Of a stretch of DNA of 57,088 nt, positions 28,845 to 37,265 are shown piece after piece. Origin of the DNA: Thermoplasmatota archaeon. GTDB taxonomy: Archaea; Thermoplasmatota; Thermoplasmata; Thermoplasmatales; ARK-15. Each line of letters starts with the position of its first letter. Position 1 is the stretch's first letter. The notes beneath the pieces are model-generated. The model was not told the origin of the DNA and ran no database searches. It worked only from the letters and a program-made list of their open reading frames with translations. The stretch covers positions 1 to 57,088 of the forward strand of contig JAVRLJ010000001.1 in the NCBI GenBank assembly GCA_031961585.1. The letters run 5' to 3'. The translations under genes and the position numbers were made by a program.

Positions 28845-31244
28845 ATGAAAATACTGGTACTGTTTGCAGTAATTTTAATTCTCATCCAGATACCTTTAAT
28901 AAATGAAAATGTTCAGAATTTAAGTGAAATAAATATCTATCATTTGAATTTTCTTAATTCAAATAAAGATGTGAAGATCATAATGATTTATAAAGGTAAT
29001 TTTTCAGATCTTTACAACTATTTTTCTTATTTTAATCTTCATGTTGAAAAATATGGCGATTTTTACACTATATCGGGTAAATGGTATTCTCTTAGCAAAG
29101 CAATTAATTTTCATGATAATAAAGCATATCTACCGGAATATATAAAGAATAATTGCAGCTTGATTTACATTGATACAAACGTTAGTTCAAATTTGATTTT
29201 TTCCAATGATCCATACACTGTAAATCAAACTGTTGATGCTTACAATGTAAACAATCTCATCAACATGGGGTACAATGGAAAAAATTTCACAGCCGTTGTT
29301 GTAGTACCATATGGTGATCCAAATATAACAGAAAATACAAATAAATTCAATAATATTTATAATTTACCTCCATTGAATCTAACAATCAAATATTTCCTTT
29401 CAAAACCAAAAATATTTCCATCCCAATGGGTTCTTGAAACAGATCTGGATGTTGAAACAATACATGCATTCGCGCCTGGTGCAGATATAATTCTTGCAGT
29501 TTCACCTGATGATAATGTTTCATCACTTGAAAATGTTCTTAAAACTGTTATAGAGGAAAATATTGGTAATGTTATTTCTTTGAGCTGGGGCGGTCCTGAA
29601 GATGAAATATATGATCCATATTTTCATGAAATATTTAAAGAAGCAGCTTATAAAAACATAACGGTAATTGCATCATCCGGCGACTCGTCAACTGTTGAAT
29701 ACCCTGCATCTGATCCCTATGTTGTTGGTGTGGGAGGAACAACATTGTATCTCAATAATAATTACATTTATGAAAGGGCATGGTCTGAAAGCGGTGGTGG
29801 TTACAGTTCAATTTTTACCAGACCCCCCTGGCAATTCTTTTTAAATTCAAGCGGGAGAGGTGTTCCGGATATTTCCCTGGATGGTAATCCACAGACAGGT
29901 ATTTTCATTTACAGCAATGGTATTACCGGTGTTGGAGGTACAAGCTTATCGGCACCAATTTTTGCGGGTATGTTGCTTGATTTGTATTCAAAATTACATT
30001 TTTCACTTGGATACTTTTTACCCCAGCTTTATTATATGAAATATTACAATCCTTCAGATTTCCATGATGTTTACTATAATGGAAATGTTTACATATGGCA
30101 TCAGCAGATAGGCCTTGGATCACCCGAAATAGACAAATGGACATTTCCTGTTAAAAGTTTTTCTACAGATGTCTTTCTTGGTAATTATACAAATGTTGAA
30201 AATATAACATTTGAAATGAGGGGTTTTTCCCAATATCCCATGCACAGGTTTGAGGAAAATTCATTTTATGTTGAAATAAGATCCTATAACCTCTCATTTG
30301 ATTTTGGAATTTACGATAACGGTAATTCAAACTTTTTTTATGGTAATGGTTCAAAAATAACCCTTATTGAAAAAAAGGTTGTTGAAAACAATCTATACAA
30401 TGTTTCAATCAATTTTCAATCAAATTTTACAATAATAAATATTGATGATAATATTTATTCAATACCTTTAAAATTAAAAAATGTTTCATTATATGTTTTT
30501 GCTGAAAGTGTTGGGCCCTGTTCATTTTACACAAACCTTGGTCCCGTTGAATTCAGGGATTTCCATGTAAACGGCATGGATGTTAATTCTGCCTATTTGA
30601 TACAGAGAAATTTTACAATTTACGGTGCAATGGAAATCCCATTCATAAAGAATGATTTTCTGATTGGTAAGGTTACCAGTATTGATAAAACGCTCTGGCC
30701 ATCCAATTACAAATACATTTACACAAATGCTATTATATTGAAAAATGAAAATAATCTTCTAAACTATTCATTCATAGTTGGAACAGGCAAACACTACGAT
30801 CCTTTTATTCTATCTGGTTTGATTTTAAATTCATCTTCGGGCTATGCGATTTACCTTGATCTACCTGGTTATTATTTGATAAATGAATGTTATGCAAATT
30901 CATCAGCAGGAATACTTTATGGAAAAAATGTTAATATTGTTGTTGAAAATTCAAAATTTCACACAGGTATTTCCAATACAGGCATTTACATTTATTCATC
31001 AACGGTATACTTTAAAAATGATTCAATTTTCGCCGGTATATCAATTATTTCTTTCTATTCAAACATATATATTGAAAATTCCACTCTTTACATCTTTCCA
31101 TTAATTTTTTCAAGTGTTGTTCATACTTTTAGTTCAGAAATAATATTTTTCATAATTCCACTTTTTATCTACAGCCCATATTACGTTTTTGCCTTAATTA
31201 TTTCAATTTTTGTTTTAATCTACCTGTTGAAACGAAGGTTTTAA
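28845..31244 (+). CDS. Secreted S53 (sedolisin/kumamolisin-like) serine-carboxyl peptidase with beta-helix-like region and C-terminal membrane anchor
   Basis: Signal sequence MKILVLFAVILILIQIP; pro-domain; catalytic-region motifs ETDLDVETIHAFAPGADI, SLSWGGPEDE, ASSGDSS, GVGGTSLSAPIFAG. The C-terminal part has repetitive I/V-x-N/G strands and the anchor YYVFALIISIFVLIYLLKRRF. Confidence 0.85.
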   Translation: MKILVLFAVILILIQIPLINENVQNLSEINIYHLNFLNSNKDVKIIMIYKGNFSDLYNYFSYFNLHVEKYGDFYTISGKWYSLSKAINFHDNKAYLPEYIKNNCSLIYIDTNVSSNLIFSNDPYTVNQTVDAYNVNNLINMGYNGKNFTAVVVVPYGDPNITENTNKFNNIYNLPPLNLTIKYFLSKPKIFPSQWVLETDLDVETIHAFAPGADIILAVSPDDNVSSLENVLKTVIEENIGNVISLSWGGPEDEIYDPYFHEIFKEAAYKNITVIASSGDSSTVEYPASDPYVVGVGGTTLYLNNNYIYERAWSESGGGYSSIFTRPPWQFFLNSSGRGVPDISLDGNPQTGIFIYSNGITGVGGTSLSAPIFAGMLLDLYSKLHFSLGYFLPQLYYMKYYNPSDFHDVYYNGNVYIWHQQIGLGSPEIDKWTFPVKSFSTDVFLGNYTNVENITFEMRGFSQYPMHRFEENSFYVEIRSYNLSFDFGIYDNGNSNFFYGNGSKITLIEKKVVENNLYNVSINFQSNFTIINIDDNIYSIPLKLKNVSLYVFAESVGPCSFYTNLGPVEFRDFHVNGMDVNSAYLIQRNFTIYGAMEIPFIKNDFLIGKVTSIDKTLWPSNYKYIYTNAIILKNENNLLNYSFIVGTGKHYDPFILSGLILNSSSGYAIYLDLPGYYLINECYANSSAGILYGKNVNIVVENSKFHTGISNTGIYIYSSTVYFKNDSIFAGISIISFYSNIYIENSTLYIFPLIFSSVVHTFSSEIIFFIIPLFIYSPYYVFALIISIFVLIYLLKRRF

Positions 31245-31275
31245 ATATAAGGTTATAATTATACCAGTCAACCAG

Positions 31276-31335
31276 TTGCATGAGCATGCAATCAATCACG
31301 CTGATGCCCCTCCTCCCCTTTTATTTTATTGTTTT
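31276..31335 (+). terminator. Hairpin plus oligo-T tracts downstream of the S53 peptidase gene (candidate archaeal terminator)
   Basis: TTGCATG-AG-CATGCAA (31276-31291) followed by CCCCTTTTATTTTATTGTTTT (T-runs at 31319-31335), about 30-90 nt after the stop at 31244. Confidence 0.3.
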
Positions 31336-31392
31336 ACCGAAAGTTTTTATGAAAAATAAATTTTAAATAATCTTTTGATATAAAAGTAATTA

Positions 31393-31486
31393 CCCGGCTT
31401 AGCTCAGTGGTAGAGCGGCGGACTGTAGTGGGAAAAAAGCCGCCGCAGAAATCCGCATGTCCCCGGTTCGAGTCCGGGAGCCGGGA
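31393..31486 (+). tRNA. tRNA-Tyr (anticodon GUA) with a 22-nt anticodon-loop intron
   Basis: CCCGGCT-TA-GCTCAGTGGTAGAGC-G-GCGGA-CTGTAG[TGGGAAAAAAGCCGCCGCAGAA]A-TCCGC-ATGTC-CCCGG-TTCGAGT-CCGGG-AGCCGGG-A. All stems pair. A TATA-like TTTAAATA lies at 31362-31369. Confidence 0.9.
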
Positions 31487-31524
31487 CTCAAAAATTTTAA
31501 ATTTTAAGTTACATATTTTGTATC

Positions 31525-32229
31525 ATGTACTGGATGGATCTCACCTACCCGGAAATTGAGGAAAGATTAAAGCATGATCCTCTTGTGATTTTGCCTGTTG
31601 GTTCCACCGAAGAGCATGGACACCATTTACCTTTAAGTTCCGATTCAATGCAGGCCATATATGTTGCTGAAAAAATTGCAGAAAAATCAAACGGTTTAAT
31701 TTTACCCCCCATTTATTATGGGTATACGGAGCTTGATGATTTTAAGGGCACAATTTCAATCAGTTTTGAAACTCTTTACAACCTTGTATATGATATACTT
31801 AAAGAAATTACAGAAGATGGAGTTAAAAAGATTCTGATAATTTCAGGGCACGCAAGTTCGCTCCATATGGGTGCAATAAGGTATGCTGCAAGGAAGATAC
31901 TTGAGAAAAAGGATGTTAAAATTATGGTCCTTTCCGATTATGACATTGCTTATGAACTTAGAGCAAAACTTGTTCCTGAAAATGATTCACATGCCGGAAT
32001 AATTGAAACATCAAGGGTGCTGCATATAAGGGAGGATCTTGTGAAGAAAAACTGGATATTTGAGAAAAAGCCTGATAAAAAATATATGGTAACAAGGAAT
32101 TACAGGGAAATATACACCTATGGAACATTAAGCGATCCTAATGGTGCATCAAAAGAACTTGGTGAAAAAATTGATGAATATGTTATTGAAAAACTATGGA
32201 GTATTGTAAAAGATAATTTTTCATTATGA
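31525..32229 (+). CDS. Creatininase-family amidohydrolase (ArfB/MftE-like)
   Basis: LPVGSTEEHGHHLPLSSD metal-binding motif, ISGHASS. 234 aa. Confidence 0.85.
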   Translation: MYWMDLTYPEIEERLKHDPLVILPVGSTEEHGHHLPLSSDSMQAIYVAEKIAEKSNGLILPPIYYGYTELDDFKGTISISFETLYNLVYDILKEITEDGVKKILIISGHASSLHMGAIRYAARKILEKKDVKIMVLSDYDIAYELRAKLVPENDSHAGIIETSRVLHIREDLVKKNWIFEKKPDKKYMVTRNYREIYTYGTLSDPNGASKELGEKIDEYVIEKLWSIVKDNFSL

Positions 32230-32949
32230 AATATCCTTTGATCTCTGCGTTATTTCCATGGCAAGGTCAAAGTCTTCCATTTCAAGTGCAAGGTCAGCGG
32301 CCTGGTCGTAAACATCCATGTATGATTCTTTAAACTCCTTCCTTTTACTTTTTGCAATTCCCTTCATGGTCTCATCTATTGCATCCATTGCAATTTTTAG
32401 ATAATCAAGGGCTTTTGTCATATTTCCATTTTCCCTTTCAAGGTAACTGAGATTCTGCAATGAAAGTATATAGTTTTCAAAGTCCTTCTTTTCCCTTGAA
32501 ATTTCCAGTGCCTTTTTGAAATAGTTTTCTGCAGCCATTTTATCATTCCATAATAAAAGACCCATGTTGTTATAAAGTTCAGGCAATAGTTCAGGATATT
32601 TTTCCGAACATATTTTTTCCAATTCATTAAAAATATCAAGGGCCTTTTTCTCATCCTTTTCTGCAAGAATTGTTGCATAAAACATTTTTTCCCTTAGATA
32701 GCTTTTTTCATCATTTTTAATTTTTTCTAAAAGCATTTCCTCATACTTTAGGGCATTGTCAACATCAGGTTGATCCTTGTAAATGTAACATTCAGCGATT
32801 CTTCTAAGTATATTCACCTTCTCTTTTTCTTCCGCATCATTCAGGGCCTGAAGGTAAAGTTTCAGTGCCTGATCGAACTGTTCTTTATTGTAGAGTTTTT
32901 CTGCATCATTGAGCGCTTTTTTGTCCATGGAACACATGAAAACATACAT
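32224..32949 (-). CDS. TPR-repeat protein
   Basis: Repeated A-x-x-x-Y/F-x-x-A-L degenerate 34-aa units (AEKLYNKEQFDQALKLYLQAL; AAENYFKKALEI; KALDYLKIAMDA). Start ambiguous among ATG 32949, 32937 and 32928. Confidence 0.75.
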   Translation of the reverse strand: MYVFMCSMDKKALNDAEKLYNKEQFDQALKLYLQALNDAEEKEKVNILRRIAECYIYKDQPDVDNALKYEEMLLEKIKNDEKSYLREKMFYATILAEKDEKKALDIFNELEKICSEKYPELLPELYNNMGLLLWNDKMAAENYFKKALEISREKKDFENYILSLQNLSYLERENGNMTKALDYLKIAMDAIDETMKGIAKSKRKEFKESYMDVYDQAADLALEMEDFDLAMEITQRSKDIS

Positions 32950-33017
32950 TATTTTAATCTTATCGAATTAAAAAAATTCCAAAAAAATGTATATACCTTA
33001 ATGAAATTTTAGGATGG

Positions 33018-34661
33018 ATGGTGTGGAAAGAGATAAGAAAGTATTTGATCGTTGAAATTTCAATACTTTTGATAGTTGCAATATATGCCCTGTTCCCACA
33101 GTCTATTGACTTAAAGGTTTTTCTCTATTCATTGTTTTCATTCGGGAGAATGCTTGCAGCATATGTTATTTCCTTAATATTTTCCATATTTTATGGTCTT
33201 TATGCAGCCATAAATAAAAAAGCTGAGAAAATTCTTATTCCAACGCTTGATATACTTCAGAGCGTTCCCATTCTAGGTTTCTTTCCCGTTGTTCTTTTCC
33301 TTTTTATTTATTATTTTCCTGCTGGTATTGGCGTGGAGCTTGCATCCATAATACTAATATTCACAAGCCAGGCCTGGAACATGGCTTTCGGTGTATATGA
33401 AAGCATAATAACAATACCAAAGGAATTGAGGGAAGTAACAAATGCATTTTCCCTTACTGGTCTTTCAAGGTTCAGGATTCTATATTTCCCTGCCATGATA
33501 CCAAGGCTTGTTTATAACAGCATGATGTCATGGGCTGGTGGATGGTATTTTCTCTTCGCTGCTGAAATAATTTCTGTTGGAAACGTAAACTATACGCTAC
33601 CTGGTCTGGGATCTTTCCTCTGGACAGAGGTTGAAGACGGCCATATATTTAATGGTCTTCTTGCTCTTTTCACATTGATTCTTATAATAATTGCAATGGA
33701 TATCTTAATATGGAGACCATTAGCAAAAGTATCTGAAAAATATAAATATGAAAGTGTTGCAGAAACTGCACCTGAAAGAAGATTATACCTGCTTAACATT
33801 TTAAAATTCTTACCATTGTTCAAAAAACCATTAAACATTTTCAGGAAAATCATTGAAAGAATAACGACTGTTGCTAAATTTCCTCTATTTTCAAAAATAT
33901 GGAAAAATGTTAAATACGTTGGTTATGCCTTCCTGATTTTTATTTTCTCACTTATAGTTTACGCAATCATTTTGGCATTCCAGCATGGTATTAGCGTTGA
34001 AATTTCACCATCCTATCTATATCCAGTTCCTCTTGCAATAGTTCTATCAATCCTTAGACTTTCCATTGCGTACTTTCTCTCCCTATTATGGATCATTCCT
34101 GTTGCAATTTACCTTAAATCAAAAAAAGAAAAATCCAAGTATCTTGTACCCGTATTTGAAATACTTGCATCAATCCCTGCAACTGCTCTATTCCCATTCT
34201 TTGTTCTTTTGTTAATAAATTTACCATTTGGTGTGGATCTTGCAAGCATATTCCTCATCATGACAGGAATGCAATGGTACATACTTTTCAATGTTCTATC
34301 CGGAATAAATACATTCCCATCGGATTTTGATGATGTTTCAAGGGCTTTCAGGCTGACAAGATGGCAGTACATCAGAAAGGTTCTTCTCCCGGGCATTTAT
34401 CCATCTATTATTACCGGAAGCATAACGGGCTGGGGTGGTGGCTGGAATGCTTTAATTGTTTCAGAATACATTGTTGTGAATGGTGTTGTTTATTCCGTTC
34501 TTGGCTTAGGTTATCTCATTGATTACGCAACATATGATCTTGGAAACGTTGCATTGAACATTCTATATGTTATGGTTATGGTTATCGTTGTTTTTACCTT
34601 GAATAAACTTTTATGGAGAAGGCTTTATGAAAGGGCAAAATTACATTCCTATGAGGTATGA
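33018..34661 (+). CDS. ABC transporter permease, duplicated (two fused NitT/TauT-type permease domains)
   Basis: About 12 predicted TM segments and two EAA-like loops (NAFSLTGLSRFRILYFPAMIP and RAFRLTRWQYIRKVLLPGIYP). Matches the COG4986-type duplicated anion permease as I recall it. Confidence 0.85.
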   Translation: MVWKEIRKYLIVEISILLIVAIYALFPQSIDLKVFLYSLFSFGRMLAAYVISLIFSIFYGLYAAINKKAEKILIPTLDILQSVPILGFFPVVLFLFIYYFPAGIGVELASIILIFTSQAWNMAFGVYESIITIPKELREVTNAFSLTGLSRFRILYFPAMIPRLVYNSMMSWAGGWYFLFAAEIISVGNVNYTLPGLGSFLWTEVEDGHIFNGLLALFTLILIIIAMDILIWRPLAKVSEKYKYESVAETAPERRLYLLNILKFLPLFKKPLNIFRKIIERITTVAKFPLFSKIWKNVKYVGYAFLIFIFSLIVYAIILAFQHGISVEISPSYLYPVPLAIVLSILRLSIAYFLSLLWIIPVAIYLKSKKEKSKYLVPVFEILASIPATALFPFFVLLLINLPFGVDLASIFLIMTGMQWYILFNVLSGINTFPSDFDDVSRAFRLTRWQYIRKVLLPGIYPSIITGSITGWGGGWNALIVSEYIVVNGVVYSVLGLGYLIDYATYDLGNVALNILYVMVMVIVVFTLNKLLWRRLYERAKLHSYEV

Positions 34662-35259
34662 GAACCAGCGTAAGGCCTGGGAAAAGGAATACAGGGGAAA
34701 CAGGGTACTCTGGAGGGGTGAAAAGGACTGGTCTGAAATGATGAAATACTTTGAAAAATCATTCCTTATACTTGATCTGGGATCGGGGCAGGGTAAATCA
34801 TCAAAGTATCTTATTGAGAGGGGTTACAATGTAATAATGATGGATTTTTCTATGAATGCATTGAGGAATTTAAAGTTTCAGAGGGTACTTGGTAATGCTC
34901 TTTCCATGCCGTTCAAAGATGAAAGTTTTGATGCTGTTCTTGCAATTCATGTAATATCACATGTGTTTGATAGAAAAAGAATCATGAATGAAATTGAGAG
35001 GGTAACAAAGAAAAATGGTTATATCTTTGTTGAAGTATTTTCTGTTGAAGATTTCAGGTATGGTAAGGGAATTGAAGTTGAAAGAAACACATTTTTGAGG
35101 GGTAATGGAATAATCACGCATTACTTTTATGAAAATGAAATGGAAGATTTTCTTTGGAATTTTAAAATCATTGAAAGGAAAAAATATCTAATAAAGAGAA
35201 AAATATTTAATAAAATATACAATATGGTAACATTGTTTTTTATAGGGAAAAAGCGATAA
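34651..35259 (+). CDS. Class I SAM-dependent methyltransferase
   Basis: Motif I ILDLGSGQGKSS, post-I MMDFS, motif II/III FDAVLAIHVISHV. Start taken at ATG 34651 (MRYENQRKAW), overlapping the permease stop. Confidence 0.8.
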   Translation: MRYENQRKAWEKEYRGNRVLWRGEKDWSEMMKYFEKSFLILDLGSGQGKSSKYLIERGYNVIMMDFSMNALRNLKFQRVLGNALSMPFKDESFDAVLAIHVISHVFDRKRIMNEIERVTKKNGYIFVEVFSVEDFRYGKGIEVERNTFLRGNGIITHYFYENEMEDFLWNFKIIERKKYLIKRKIFNKIYNMVTLFFIGKKR

Positions 35260-35318
35260 GAAAAAATTTTTATTAATGAAGATATTATAGATATGAATAA
35301 AAAAGGAGAAAAGTAAGT

Positions 35319-37256
35319 ATGGAAAATAATGCAAATGATTATAAAGCTGAAAATATACAAATATTAAGCGACATAGATGCGGTTAGGAAAAGGCCGGGAA
35401 TGTACATTGGGAGCACAGAGGAAAGGGGATTACATCACTTACTCATGGAAATAGTGGACAACAGTGTTGATGAAGCATTGGCGGGGGTTTGCAAAAACAT
35501 TATAGTTAAACTTTATCCGGATGGATCGGCAAGTGTTGAGGATGATGGGCGAGGAATACCCATTGAAATACATCCACTCTACAATAAACCTGCACTTGAG
35601 ATAGTTCTAACAGAGCTTCATTCAGGTGCAAAGTTTGACAGGAAGGTTTACAAGGTTTCAGGTGGCCTGCATGGTGTTGGTATACATGTTGTAAACTTTC
35701 TTTCTGAATGGTTCAGGATTGTTGTTAGAAGGGATGGAAGGGTTTACTATCAGGAATATGAAAGGGGAAGGAAGAAAACGGAAATCATGGATCTTGGTGA
35801 ATGGAAAAATGTTATGGATCTACCAGAAAATATAAAACTTGAAATTGATACACCCCATGGAACATACGTTCATTTCAAGCCGGATCCTGAAATTTTTGAA
35901 ACAACAAATTTCAAATACGATATTGTGAAGGGGAAATTGAGGAGCCTTGCATTTTTGAACAAGGGTCTCAGGATTGTCCTCAAGGATCTCAGAAACAATC
36001 TGGTTGAGGAATTTAAATATGATGGTGGTCTTGTTGAATTTGTAAAATTCCTGAATGAAGGAAACAACCCGATCCATGAGGATATAATAAATTTCTCGGA
36101 GAGTGATGATTCCGTATATGTGGAAATAGCAATGCAATATACGGATTCACCATACGAGACTTTACTTGGTTATGTTAATGATATTCATACGGAGGAAGGG
36201 GGAACACATGTTGTTGGATTTAAAACAGCATTGACAAAGGTAATAAATGATTACATAAGGGAGAACAACCTTGGTGAAATAAACATAACGGGTGATGATG
36301 TAAAAGAGGGTCTAACTGCAATAATACTTGTAAAGCACCCTGAGCCCCAGTTTGAGGGGCAGACAAAAACAAAACTGGGAAATGGTGAGGTTAAGGGAAT
36401 TGTTTATTCAATCACACAGAAAAACCTGAAGAAGTATTTTGAGGAGCATCCAAACACAGCCAGGTTGATTGCATTAAAGGTAATAAACACAGCCCAGGCA
36501 AGGGAGGCAGCAAGAAAAGCCAGGGAAATGGTAAAGAGGAAGAATCTCCTCGATACGCTTGATTTACCTGGCAAACTCGCTGACTGTACACTGGAGGAAA
36601 GAAGTAAAACCGAGCTTTTCATTGTTGAGGGTGATAGTGCGGGTGGATCGGCAAAACAGGCAAGGAACAGGGAGTTCCAGGCAGTTCTTCCCCTGAGGGG
36701 AAAGATACTTAACGTTGAAAAGGCAAACCTTGACAGGGCGTTCAGGAGTGAGGAAATCAAGGCACTGATATCAGCAATAGGTACCGGTATTAAGGAAAAT
36801 TTTGATATAAACAAACTCAGGTTTGGAAAAATAATAATAATGACGGATGCTGATGTTGATGGTGCGCATATAAGAACTCTCTTATTAACATTCTTTTACA
36901 GATACATGAGGGATCTTATAACCAATGGCCATGTTTACATTGCACAGCCACCACTTTACAAAATACAGAAGGGAAAGGATGTGAGGTATGTTTATTCTGA
37001 TGATGAGAAGGAAAATGTTCTAAAGGAGATGGGAGAAGGAGCCATTGTTCAGAGATTCAAGGGTCTTGGAGAGATGAATCCCGAACAGTTATGGGAAACA
37101 ACAATGAACCCTGAAACGAGAAGGTTGATAAAGGTGGATATTGAAACAGGTGCTGAAGCTGACAGGATTTTCACACTTCTCATGGGCGACAGGGTTGAGC
37201 CGAGGAAGGAATACATAATGAAGCATGCAAGGGAAGCAATGAACATAGATGTATGA
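35319..37256 (+). CDS. gyrB: DNA gyrase subunit B
   Basis: GLHHLLMEIVDNSVDEA, EDDGRGIP, GGLHGVG (GHKL); Toprim ELFIVEGDSAGGSAKQ and IMTDADVDGAHI. 645 aa, no insertion. Confidence 0.97.
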   Translation: MENNANDYKAENIQILSDIDAVRKRPGMYIGSTEERGLHHLLMEIVDNSVDEALAGVCKNIIVKLYPDGSASVEDDGRGIPIEIHPLYNKPALEIVLTELHSGAKFDRKVYKVSGGLHGVGIHVVNFLSEWFRIVVRRDGRVYYQEYERGRKKTEIMDLGEWKNVMDLPENIKLEIDTPHGTYVHFKPDPEIFETTNFKYDIVKGKLRSLAFLNKGLRIVLKDLRNNLVEEFKYDGGLVEFVKFLNEGNNPIHEDIINFSESDDSVYVEIAMQYTDSPYETLLGYVNDIHTEEGGTHVVGFKTALTKVINDYIRENNLGEINITGDDVKEGLTAIILVKHPEPQFEGQTKTKLGNGEVKGIVYSITQKNLKKYFEEHPNTARLIALKVINTAQAREAARKAREMVKRKNLLDTLDLPGKLADCTLEERSKTELFIVEGDSAGGSAKQARNREFQAVLPLRGKILNVEKANLDRAFRSEEIKALISAIGTGIKENFDINKLRFGKIIIMTDADVDGAHIRTLLLTFFYRYMRDLITNGHVYIAQPPLYKIQKGKDVRYVYSDDEKENVLKEMGEGAIVQRFKGLGEMNPEQLWETTMNPETRRLIKVDIETGAEADRIFTLLMGDRVEPRKEYIMKHAREAMNIDV

Positions 37257-37265
37257 GGTGTTTAT

